Below, piece by piece: positions 38,103 to 46,915 of a stretch of DNA of 64,000 nt; the first letter of the stretch is position 1; each line of letters starts with the position of its first letter. Source of the stretch: Candidatus Kaiserbacteria bacterium CG10_big_fil_rev_8_21_14_0_10_47_16 (GTDB lineage Bacteria > Patescibacteriota > Minisyncoccia > Phycocordibacterales > UBA918); NCBI GenBank assembly GCA_002773395.1, contig PFBI01000006.1, positions 335,860 to 399,859 of the forward strand. The letters run 5' to 3'. The notes beneath the pieces were generated by a model. That model made no database searches, was not told the DNA's origin, and saw nothing but the letters and a program-made list of their open reading frames with translations. The position numbers and the translations under genes were made by a program.

Positions 38103-40303
38103 TTTGAGGTGGATGATGCAGACGAAGGAACTGTTTTTCCAAGAAGGCTCGCTTTCCAAAGACTCACAGGGTACTCCCAGAGACGGAACTGTGAGTCTTG
38201 TTCAGGGCGTGATGGTTCAGGACCGGCAGGATCATTCTTATTAACATAGAAAAGGATAGAGTGTGCGTCATTAATGGCATCGTTTATGTCGTTACTCATT
38301 GTGCCATCGCTGTTTGTTGTCACTGAAGACGGGTTGAACCACATGCCGTTGAGAACAGGTTTATTTGATGGGGTTCGGTCAGGCTCTGGGAAACTCTCAG
38401 CATCACGCTTTGTGAGCGCGTAGTCCATGAAGTCTCGCCACATTGGAGTAACAATGAGACCTGAAATCTTTTTGTCCATAGAACTATTGTCGTTATTGCC
38501 TGCCCATGTACCCACAACGATCGTTGGTGTGTACCCAAGAATCCACGCATCTCGGTAATCGTTGGTGGTACCTGTTTTTGCCGCTACGTCACGTCCGCCG
38601 AAGTAGAGTTGTGAGTTTGCGCCATAGAGTGGTGTGCGGGCAGCGTTGTCGGAAAGTATGTCAGAAATTTGTAGGGCAACATTTCGATTAAGTACAGTTG
38701 ATGCACGTTCTTCTGCAGAGTCAGCCTCTTCCAAGACTTGACCACGACTGTCTTCGATGCGGAGGATACTGATGGGGTCATGCTTCACACCCTCATCAGC
38801 AAAGACGCTGTAGGCGTTCACCATATCAAGAAGTTTTACCTCACCACCTCCAAGTACGAGTGTAAGACCATACGCGTTTGCGTTGGTGAGTGTTGAAATA
38901 CCCATGTCACGTGCAAGTTTGATGGAGTCTTTAATACCCGCAAGGTAGAGCGTTTTTACTGCAGGCACATTTCGAGACTGCGCGAGTGCATTACGAAGAG
39001 AGATTGGCCCAACAAATACATTATCGTAGTTTTCTGGGGAGTAGCACCCTTCGTCAGGTTGGAAGTTGTCTGGTGCACACGATGTTGAAAACTGTGTTTC
39101 GAGGTCGAACACAACGGTCTCTGGGGTGAATCCCTTTGAAAATGCTTCTGCGTACACAAATGGTTTGAATGAAGAACCTGGCTGTCGGTCGGCGAGCGCA
39201 ACGTTATAGCTCCCATCGATATCTTTATCGAAGTAGTTGCGAGAGCCAACCATAACGAGAAGCTCACCTGTCTTTGGGTCTGCCGCAACCATTGAAGCGT
39301 TACTCGCATTGAAGGCATCTTGGTTGTAGATCGCATATTTATTCACAATAGTCTCCGCCTCTTTCTGGAGATCGTAGTCGAGCGTGGTAATTACCTTAAA
39401 GCCACGCTCAGCGAGTGATTCTTCACCGTATTTCTCCGCAAGGTATTCACGAATGTAGAACACAAAGTGTGGTGCGCGGATACCCCCGATCGGGGCAAGG
39501 CCAAAGTCAACTTCTTCAATTTTTGCAGCATCATGTTCCTCTTGAGTAATAAACCCGTTCTGAAGCATACGCTCCAACACAAGATTCTTTCGCTTCTCAA
39601 GCTCGTCCATGTGGTTACCATACGGTGAGTAGTACGTCGGTGCTTGCGGGAGGGCAGAGAGATACGCCGCTTCAGCAAGATCAAGGTCAGATGCGCGTTT
39701 TCCAAAGAAGGCGAGACTCGCTTCCTCGACCCCATAAATGGTCCCGCCGTATGGAGACTCATTGAGGTAGTGATTCAAAATCTCATCCTTTGTGAGCACC
39801 TGCTCAAGACGGATGGCGAGGATAGCTTCTTTTATCTTACGGACGAGGGTCTTGTCTTGATCAAGGAGTGCGTTCTTGATTACCTGCTGGGTAATCGTAG
39901 AACCACCACCGCCACTAAAGGGACTCCCATTCGAGAGGACGTTCGTCACCATGGAACGAATGATAGCGAGTGGTCGAACACCGTTGTGTTGGTAGAAGGT
40001 GTCATCTTCGATTGCTACGGTCGCGTTTTTTATATTGCGAGAGATATCTTCAAAGGGAACGACGGTACGCCGAACGTCTTGGTGGAAGTCGTAGAGGAGT
40101 ATTTCACCGGTACGGTCGTAGATTTTTGTAGACTGGAGTACACGGCGTTGCTCAAAAGATGAGAGATCAGGAATATCAAGGGTAGAGACCCAAAGAAAAA
40201 TGATGCCAGACAGCACGAGCCCAACCACGGTCATAAGAATAAGCCCATCAATTGAGAGCTGCTTCCAGTGCTTTTTAATCCAAGCTTTTGTTGTATTCCG
40301 CAT
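38099..40303 (-). CDS. Class A penicillin-binding protein (PBP1A family)
   Basis: EDDTFYQH, GGSTITQQ, SSFK, SRN, KTG; start at ATG 40303. Confidence 0.95.
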   Translation of the reverse strand: MRNTTKAWIKKHWKQLSIDGLILMTVVGLVLSGIIFLWVSTLDIPDLSSFEQRRVLQSTKIYDRTGEILLYDFHQDVRRTVVPFEDISRNIKNATVAIEDDTFYQHNGVRPLAIIRSMVTNVLSNGSPFSGGGGSTITQQVIKNALLDQDKTLVRKIKEAILAIRLEQVLTKDEILNHYLNESPYGGTIYGVEEASLAFFGKRASDLDLAEAAYLSALPQAPTYYSPYGNHMDELEKRKNLVLERMLQNGFITQEEHDAAKIEEVDFGLAPIGGIRAPHFVFYIREYLAEKYGEESLAERGFKVITTLDYDLQKEAETIVNKYAIYNQDAFNASNASMVAADPKTGELLVMVGSRNYFDKDIDGSYNVALADRQPGSSFKPFVYAEAFSKGFTPETVVFDLETQFSTSCAPDNFQPDEGCYSPENYDNVFVGPISLRNALAQSRNVPAVKTLYLAGIKDSIKLARDMGISTLTNANAYGLTLVLGGGEVKLLDMVNAYSVFADEGVKHDPISILRIEDSRGQVLEEADSAEERASTVLNRNVALQISDILSDNAARTPLYGANSQLYFGGRDVAAKTGTTNDYRDAWILGYTPTIVVGTWAGNNDNSSMDKKISGLIVTPMWRDFMDYALTKRDAESFPEPDRTPSNKPVLNGMWFNPSSVTTNSDGTMSNDINDAINDAHSILFYVNKNDPAGPEPSRPEQDSQFRLWEYPVSLWKASLLGKTVPSSASSTSN

Positions 40304-40367
40304 AGTCCCTATGTCCGCTATAGTGCCAATAGTAACACCACTTTGGCAAAAACTCACCCAGAAAATA

Positions 40368-40488
40368 TCACCAGACCAAAGGCGCCTGGATTTCGAGACA
40401 AAATAGGTGAAGGCGACCGAGGCATAGAAATCTCTGGTGAGGAAGCCTGAGGCCATTTTGGCCGAAATCCAGAGGCCGACGACGGTGA
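40368..40488. repeat. Family B-like palindromic element
   Basis: TCACC...CTGGATTTCG...CGAAATCCAG...GGTGA with internal CGAGGCATA..GGTGAG. Confidence 0.55.
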
Positions 40489-40571
40489 AACAAAAGACAG
40501 GTAGTCGCTTTTGTGTTCTTTTATGGGTGGGTTCTATACACACCAAAAGTGTGTGGTAGAGTTAAAGCACT

Positions 40572-41750
40572 ATGAAGATTGATACTGATCCGATAAAAAT
40601 AAACGAACTCCTTACTCGTGGAGTTGCGGAGATCATTCATGAAGAGAGTCTCCGAAAAAAGCTCGAAAGTGGAAAACAGCTTCGTATTAAACTCGGTATT
40701 GATCCAACGAGCCCTAACATTCACATCGGGAGAGCGATACCGCTCCTCAAACTCCGAGACTTTCAGGAACTTGGGCATCAAGTGGTTTTTATTGTAGGGG
40801 ACTTCACCAGTGTGATCGGCGACACCTCTGACAAAGACAGTGAACGACCAATGCTTGACCGTGACGTCATTGAGGCAAACAAAAAAACGTACTTTGCGCA
40901 GGTTGGGAAGATTCTTGACCTTGAGAAAGCAGAACTCCGGTACAACTCTGAATGGCTTGAGGAACTCACCTACCGTGAGATTGGGGAGCATGCAGATGTA
41001 TTTTCTGTCGCAGACTTTATTGCGCGAGATAACATCAAGCGAAGACTCGATAGCGGCAAGCGTGTTTCGCTTCGTGAGGTACTCTACCCGCTCATGCAGG
41101 GGTATGACAGTGTTGCGGTGGAAGCTGATGTTGAGATTGGGGGAACCGATCAACGGTTTAATCTTCTTGCAGGACGGACACTCCAACCACGTTTTGACCA
41201 AAAGCCGCAAGATATTCTTATGAGCCCACTGATTAATGGGACTGATGGGAGGAAGATGAGTTCGAGTTGGGGGAACACTATTAATCTGGTTGCAGAACCA
41301 GAAGATATGTACGGAAGTGTGATGAGTATGGCGGATGCGGAGATTGTTGGGTACTTCACGACCTGTACCCGAGTACCACTTAGTGAAGTCAAAGAAATAG
41401 AGGAAGCGATGCAGTCGGGGACAAACCCTCGTGATCTTAAGATGCGACTCGCTCGAGAAATTGTAACGATGTACCACGGAGAGAAGGAGGCGAAAGAAGC
41501 GGAGCAAGCCTTTGTTGAAACGTTTCAGAAGGGAGGTGTACCGGAAGAGGTTGAAGAAATTTCAGGAGATTACACCGCAGCACTCCTTGAGAAAAATATG
41601 GTCGCGTCAAAGACAGAACTTCGTCGTCTCTTTGAAGCAGGGGGAGTACGAAATGCAGAAACAGGAGAAAAGTATGATGAATTCCCGACCGTTACCGAGC
41701 CAACGGTACTGAAAATCGGGAAGCGAAGATTTGTAAAACTTCTTCCGTAG
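40572..41750 (+). CDS. tyrS: Tyrosyl-tRNA synthetase
   Basis: GIDPT..HIG, YPLMQGYD, GGTDQ, KMSSS. Confidence 0.97.
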   Translation: MKIDTDPIKINELLTRGVAEIIHEESLRKKLESGKQLRIKLGIDPTSPNIHIGRAIPLLKLRDFQELGHQVVFIVGDFTSVIGDTSDKDSERPMLDRDVIEANKKTYFAQVGKILDLEKAELRYNSEWLEELTYREIGEHADVFSVADFIARDNIKRRLDSGKRVSLREVLYPLMQGYDSVAVEADVEIGGTDQRFNLLAGRTLQPRFDQKPQDILMSPLINGTDGRKMSSSWGNTINLVAEPEDMYGSVMSMADAEIVGYFTTCTRVPLSEVKEIEEAMQSGTNPRDLKMRLAREIVTMYHGEKEAKEAEQAFVETFQKGGVPEEVEEISGDYTAALLEKNMVASKTELRRLFEAGGVRNAETGEKYDEFPTVTEPTVLKIGKRRFVKLLP

Positions 41751-41795
41751 GTAAAAGAAAAGGCCCGGCACCAGAGGTGCCGGGCCTTTTCTTTT

Positions 41796-42089
41796 TTAGA
41801 GGTGATCCTCGTCGTCAAATGAATCAAATTCAACATCCTCAGCATCTGCTTCGAAGAGATCCTCTTCGTCATCATCGTCATCATCGTCATCGTCTTCATC
41901 ATCGTCATCTTCGGGGTCCTCAGTATCTTTTTCAGAAAGGAGAGACTCGGGTTCCACTGGCACACCGCCCTCGAGGTCGTCATCGTCGTCCTCGAGTTCG
42001 TCTTCATCATCGAGACCGTCTCCGAGCATAGCCTCTTCGACGTCGTTCTCGTCCTCATTGATGTCATCTGTGTCAGCGAATGCGTTCAT
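41796..42089 (-). CDS. Extremely acidic small protein
   Basis: 97 aa with more than half Asp/Glu; ends at a bidirectional terminator. Confidence 0.75.
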   Translation of the reverse strand: MNAFADTDDINEDENDVEEAMLGDGLDDEDELEDDDDDLEGGVPVEPESLLSEKDTEDPEDDDDEDDDDDDDDDEEDLFEADAEDVEFDSFDDEDHL

Positions 42090-42163
42090 ACAAAATTATG
42101 AAAAATTATTTTTTATCTCGTATGTTTTATCAGATGTCGTTTCTAAGTGCAAGAGCTGAGAAT

Positions 42164-42646
42164 TCATATTCCGCCGCGGGTATGTGCGAGGGTGGTTATG
42201 CCGACAGCGATTGCGTCGTATTCGTCGTCGAGCGCGGCTGCGGGGACGTTTGGAACGAGGCGTTTTACCATATCCATAACCGCATGTTTGTCGCTGTTCC
42301 CGTAGCCGGTCACCGCAACTTTTATTTCTTGTGGGCCGTACTCATGAACGGTGCACCCATGCACCTGTGCAAGATAGAGAATGATGCCACGAGCTTCGGC
42401 GACCGCGATGCCGGTCTTTTGGTTCTTGTTAAAGAAGATTGTTTCAATACCAACAGCATTCGGAGCATACTCGGTAAGGAGATTGTCGATTGCAACGCCG
42501 AGTGAGTGAAGACGGCTGGGGAGAGGACTATTTTTATCACTCGATATACACGTAGAGAAGATAAGCACTTCTTTACCGCTCTCACCACGTTCCATAATGG
42601 CGACACCGAGCCGATCGTATCCAGGGTCAATAGCGAGTACACGCAT
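42164..42646 (-). CDS. ruvC: Holliday junction resolvase RuvC
   Basis: MRVLAIDPG, EARG, VTGYG..DK, DDEYDAIA. Confidence 0.95.
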   Translation of the reverse strand: MRVLAIDPGYDRLGVAIMERGESGKEVLIFSTCISSDKNSPLPSRLHSLGVAIDNLLTEYAPNAVGIETIFFNKNQKTGIAVAEARGIILYLAQVHGCTVHEYGPQEIKVAVTGYGNSDKHAVMDMVKRLVPNVPAAALDDEYDAIAVGITTLAHTRGGI

Positions 42647-42664
42647 ACGCGTACAGAGTACCAT

Positions 42665-42710
42665 GAAAAAAGCCGACCATGACACACCGGTGTCATGGTC
42701 GGCTTTTTTC
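42665..42710 (-). terminator. Long inverted-repeat terminator after yebC
   Basis: GAAAAAAGCCGACCATGACAC-ACCG-GTGTCATGGTCGGCTTTTTTC. Confidence 0.8.
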
Positions 42711-42713
42711 AAG

Positions 42714-43259
42714 CTAGTCCCCCTCGGGAGTGTCGGCAGTTGTATATATTTCCTGCACGTCGTCTTGTTCTTCCAGTTTTTCAATAAGCTCAGCAAGCTT
42801 CTCGCCGTCGTTGTCCGAGAGTTCGATAGGCATGTTCGGAACGTATCGTTCAGACGTTTTTGTGAACGCCCAGAGCGATGACCCTGGTGCGCCAAGCTCG
42901 TACCCAGCCTTTGAAAAGATATGTTTAATTTCAGGAGCAGTGCGGTTGTTGTTGTCAGTCACGGCAGTAATGATCAGTGCAGTTCCGCCAGGGCCAAATG
43001 CTTCAAAGGTCACTTCCTCAAGTGCGGCACCGCCGGCACCTCCACCTTTTGCGACCGCGCGATCGATATTATCTTTTGGCATTGAATCCTTCTTCGCACG
43101 CTCGATTGCAGCGATGAGTCCTGGAGCCGACGTGTCGCCACCTGCTTTCCGTGATTCCATCGCAATGAGGGCAGCATGTTTTGAAAACACCTTACTCTTT
43201 ACCGCATCAGTTGCCGCTTTCTTGTGCTTAATTTTTGACCATTTATTATGTCCTGACAT
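42714..43259 (-). CDS. yebC: YebC/PmpR family protein (short form)
   Basis: MSGHNKWSKIK, MPKDNI, GPGG, TDNNNRT, DDVQ. Confidence 0.93.
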   Translation of the reverse strand: MSGHNKWSKIKHKKAATDAVKSKVFSKHAALIAMESRKAGGDTSAPGLIAAIERAKKDSMPKDNIDRAVAKGGGAGGAALEEVTFEAFGPGGTALIITAVTDNNNRTAPEIKHIFSKAGYELGAPGSSLWAFTKTSERYVPNMPIELSDNDGEKLAELIEKLEEQDDVQEIYTTADTPEGD

Positions 43260-43314
43260 AGTGTTGAATATTTATGTATATAAAGTGTATGAAACGAAAC
43301 GTAGGAACGCAAGT

Positions 43315-44301
43315 TTAAAGATTCTGGATGTGACTGTATGCGATCGGAGTTGCAACACGACCGCGAGGCGTACGCTCGAGGAGTCCTTGGCGAATGAGGT
43401 ATGGTTCGAGAACGTCCTCGATTGTCGCCTGCTCCTCGCCGGTTGCGGCAGCGATGGTGTTGAGTCCGACAGGACCACCGTTGAACTTGGTGATAATTGC
43501 GTCGAGTACTGCACGGTCGGGACCAGAGAGACCGAGTGTGTCTATCTCGAGAAGACCAAACGTTCGGCTGACGGTGTCGGCAGTAATAGCCCCACCTTCA
43601 AGCTGTGCTAAGTCGCGGCATCGCTTGAGGAGATAGTTTGCAGTACGTGGTGTTGCGCGACAACGTGCAGCGATGCCACTAAATATTTGATCAGGGGTAT
43701 CGACACCAAGGAGTGCCGCTGAGCGCCTTAGGATTGTTGCGATTTCATCTTCAGAATAAAACTCCAATCGGAATGTACCGCCAGAAAAGCGTGATCGAAG
43801 CGGTGAGGAGAGGAGCGAAATGCGCGTTGTTGCGGCAACGAGTGTAAAGGGAGGAAGTTCAAGTTGTACCGTGCGTGCAGACGGACCTTTTCCAATAATG
43901 ATATCGAGAACTCCCGATTCCATAGCAGGGTAGAGAACTTCTTCAATGCTTTTACTGAGTCGGTGGATCTCATCAATAAAGAGGACGTCACCGGGAGAGA
44001 GGTTGGTGAGGATTGCCGCAAGATCGCCAACACGTTCAATGGCGGGCCCTGATGTTGAGCGCATGTTGGTCCCTAAGGTTTTTGAAATCAGGTGTGCGAG
44101 AGTCGTCTTCCCGAGTCCGGGCGGTCCATAGAGAAGAATATGTTCTGCAGCGTGTCCACGTTCGCGTGCGGCCGTGAGTAAAATACGCAGGTTTTCCTTT
44201 ATTTTTTCTTGACCCACATACTCGTCCCAACTTTGTGGGCGAAGGGTCTGGTCAAGGTTGCTCGCAAAATCACGAGAAATTTCTTTGGAGTCAGTATCCA
44301 T
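43315..44301 (-). CDS. ruvB: Holliday junction helicase RuvB
   Basis: [25 protein letters not shown]. Confidence 0.97.
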   Translation of the reverse strand: MDTDSKEISRDFASNLDQTLRPQSWDEYVGQEKIKENLRILLTAARERGHAAEHILLYGPPGLGKTTLAHLISKTLGTNMRSTSGPAIERVGDLAAILTNLSPGDVLFIDEIHRLSKSIEEVLYPAMESGVLDIIIGKGPSARTVQLELPPFTLVAATTRISLLSSPLRSRFSGGTFRLEFYSEDEIATILRRSAALLGVDTPDQIFSGIAARCRATPRTANYLLKRCRDLAQLEGGAITADTVSRTFGLLEIDTLGLSGPDRAVLDAIITKFNGGPVGLNTIAAATGEEQATIEDVLEPYLIRQGLLERTPRGRVATPIAYSHIQNL

Positions 44302-44359
44302 TGGGACATTTTACCAAAGAAGCACCCAAAAGGGCAGGAGTAACAAAAAGGGGTAAGGG

Positions 44360-44387
44360 TTGACAAAAATAATCAGTATGCTAGAAT
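44360..44387 (+). promoter_or_regulatory. Near-consensus sigma70 promoter
   Basis: TTGACA-16 nt-TAGAAT with extended -10 TG. Confidence 0.75.
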
Positions 44388-44390
44388 ACT

Positions 44391-44621
44391 GGTGTTCGTT
44401 CTTCATCTGCCGCTTTTGCGACAGGTGTTTTCTTTTTAATTTTAGAGTGGAGAAAGAAGGGTTATCCAGCCGATAACCCTCTAAACAACAAAAGGTTGCT
44501 TTACGAGGACACTGTGGTGCTCACCTTCGAGTGAGATCTCTGTGGTGTTCCTTAGTTCTGTAACCACTTCTTCCGGGAAGTTTTGCTTAGAGGGTTATAT
44601 TCTGGATTCTCAGTGAACACC
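44391..44621 (+). ncRNA. Unassigned highly structured ncRNA candidate
   Basis: 5' GGTGTTC pairs with 3' GAACACC; internal stems TAACCCTCTAA/TTAGAGGGTTA and ATCCAG/CTGGAT; no ORF; promoter upstream and terminator at 44654-44686. Confidence 0.6.
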
Positions 44622-44704
44622 ACCGATGTAACTAGGGAATACTCTAGCACATGAAAAAGCATCTGCGTATTGACCAGATGCTTTTTGTATTTCGGGGGCA
44701 TTTA

Positions 44705-46411
44705 TCAGACTGTGTCCTCAGAATCTTGGTCTGTATCAAGATCAGGCGCCTCTTCAGTGGTGCGAGTGTTGTGAAGATCGATCACACGTTCGAGCTCATC
44801 GAGGGAGGTGATGCCGGCGAGAACTTTTTCAATACCGTCTTGCGCCATACTCGGAATATCTTGTTTCTTCGCTGCGGCAAGAATGTGTATTTCACGAGGA
44901 TCACGAATGACCGCTTCCTCGACGGCGGTGTCAACGCGAATTGCTTCAAAGACACCTTTGCGTCCCTTGTATCCACTTCCACCACATGCGGGGCAACCCT
45001 TTGGTTCGTAGATGGTGTGCTGCGCAACTGGTTCGTCCATGATTTGTGCAATGAGTGTTTGTTCTTGTGTAGTTGCGTCACGCTGTACTTTGCATTCATT
45101 ACAGAGAAGACGAACCAAGCGTTGTCCGAGGATGAGATTGACGGAACTGCCGATTGTACGGGCATCAACACCGAGGTCGAGTAGACGAGGGAAGGCAGCT
45201 GCTGCGCTGTTTGTGTGGAGTGTGGAGAAGACGAGGTGACCGGTGAGCGCCGCGTTCATGGCGGTTTCCGCTACCTCGCGGTCACGGATCTCACCGACCA
45301 TAATAATGTCGGGGTCTTGCCGGAGAATTGCACGAAGACCTTGCGCGAAGGTGTAATCTTCTTCAATTTGGGTCTGTACGATTCCAGGGAGCTTATATTC
45401 AACAGGATCTTCAATGGTCACAATCTTTGTTTCGGGCGTATGGACTTTTTGCATGAATGCGTAGAGTGCGGTTGTTTTTCCTGAACCGGTTGGACCGGTA
45501 GTAATGATGGCGCCATTTGGTCGTACGAGCTCTTCAAGAACGACGGCTTTGAGTTTGTCATTGAGACCTAGACCTTCAAGGGTAAACCCAGATGCGTCAG
45601 GGTCGAGGAGACGCATTACGACAGACTCACCGTATGCACCAGGAATGACTGATGTACGCACTTCGATCTTGCGTGTACCCACGTCGAAGGTGAAGCGCCC
45701 GTCTTGTGCTTCGTTGTGAATATTGAGGATAAGGCCAGAGAGAAGTTTTATACGAGACGTAATGAGTGTGTAGATTGTTTTGTCGGCATTGGTAATATCC
45801 CACAACACACCATCGAGACGGTATCGAAAACGCACGGTGTTTTGTTCTGGTTCAATGTGGATGTCAGATGCACCGAGCGCGAGTGCGCCCGCGAACAGTA
45901 CCTCGATAGTACTTGTTGCACGCTCTGTTTTATTTGTTTGCTGTACTTCAAGGATTTTGGTTGCAACGTCGAGGTGCGTTTTAATTTCTGCAGCGAATGC
46001 GGTAATGGCGGCAGGACTGATGTCGAGGACACCCTGCTTCTCAGCTGTTGCAGAGAGAACGTCTTTGTAGCGAAGCCACGCATGGTCGAGACTTGCGAGC
46101 GTAACGAGGTATCCGGTAATGGTGTAGCCGCGTGACTCAAGAGATTGGAGCACCTCTTCGGTCTTCGGATTTTCAGGATTTTGAATAGCGACAGAAAGCT
46201 GTTTGTTTTGTTCGAGGAATGCAGCAACCTGAGCTTCGCGAGCAACCTTTTCAGGAATGAGCGCAAGCGCATCGGTATCGATGGTAATACCGTGGAGATT
46301 GGTATATCCGAGGTTGTAGTTTGGGGCCAGCATGCGGGCAGCGTTCTCCTCCGCGCTGTGTCCAAGCGATTCGAGCTTTTGATTGATACGCGTGTCATCA
46401 AACTGTGGCAT
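44705..46411 (-). CDS. pilB: Type IV pilus assembly ATPase (PilB/GspE)
   Basis: ASDIHIEP, GPTGSGKTT, IEDPVEY, LRQDPD, TGHLV, Cys4 zinc motif. Confidence 0.93.
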   Translation of the reverse strand: MPQFDDTRINQKLESLGHSAEENAARMLAPNYNLGYTNLHGITIDTDALALIPEKVAREAQVAAFLEQNKQLSVAIQNPENPKTEEVLQSLESRGYTITGYLVTLASLDHAWLRYKDVLSATAEKQGVLDISPAAITAFAAEIKTHLDVATKILEVQQTNKTERATSTIEVLFAGALALGASDIHIEPEQNTVRFRYRLDGVLWDITNADKTIYTLITSRIKLLSGLILNIHNEAQDGRFTFDVGTRKIEVRTSVIPGAYGESVVMRLLDPDASGFTLEGLGLNDKLKAVVLEELVRPNGAIITTGPTGSGKTTALYAFMQKVHTPETKIVTIEDPVEYKLPGIVQTQIEEDYTFAQGLRAILRQDPDIIMVGEIRDREVAETAMNAALTGHLVFSTLHTNSAAAAFPRLLDLGVDARTIGSSVNLILGQRLVRLLCNECKVQRDATTQEQTLIAQIMDEPVAQHTIYEPKGCPACGGSGYKGRKGVFEAIRVDTAVEEAVIRDPREIHILAAAKKQDIPSMAQDGIEKVLAGITSLDELERVIDLHNTRTTEEAPDLDTDQDSEDTV

Positions 46412-46477
46412 ATATAGGAGTATTATGACATACCTCTACGCACTTGCGCGTGAAATATTTTGATACAATGGGGCAAC

Positions 46478-46915
46478 ATGGAAACTCGCACCATACAAAG
46501 TCTTGTAGAGCTCGACTCATTTGCCGATGAGATTATTTCGATTCTTCCACAACGGGAAGGGGCGAATGTACTTCTTCTCAAAGGGGATCTCGGCGCAGGG
46601 AAGACAACATTCACTCAAATTCTTGCAAAGAAGCTTGGTGTTGCAGAACATGTGGTGAGCCCAACATTCATGATTATGCGAACATATGAAGGGCACCACG
46701 ATTTGTGCAAAAAGTTCGTACACATTGATGCCTACCGCATCGAGGATATTTCTGAAGTCGAAGTATTGCGCATCCCGGAATTATTTACAGAGACAGGGAC
46801 CGTCGTGTGTATTGAGTGGCCAGAGCGTATTCCTGAAGTACTCCCGCAAAACGCGCTGACCATTTCTTTTGCGATCGCAGAGGGTGAGTCACGCACCGTC
46901 ACCTATGGCAGCTAA
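46478..46915 (+). CDS. tsaE: tRNA t6A biosynthesis ATPase TsaE
   Basis: GDLGAGKT, SPTF, HIDAYR, IEWPE. Confidence 0.95.
   Translation: METRTIQSLVELDSFADEIISILPQREGANVLLLKGDLGAGKTTFTQILAKKLGVAEHVVSPTFMIMRTYEGHHDLCKKFVHIDAYRIEDISEVEVLRIPELFTETGTVVCIEWPERIPEVLPQNALTISFAIAEGESRTVTYGS

Noticed and set aside
40521-41507. 328 aa minus-strand ORF, and similar long antisense ORFs at 7697, 17789, 42730 and 61840
   Set aside because: They overlap well-supported genes on the opposite strand and have no protein-like motifs
41777-42067. His/Arg-rich and Met/Thr-rich ORFs
   Set aside because: Alternative frames of the GAT/GAC repeats of the acidic protein
42646-42895. N-terminal extension of RuvC in the ORF track
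   Set aside because: It overlaps yebC and its terminator; the conserved RuvC start is MRVLAIDPG at 42646
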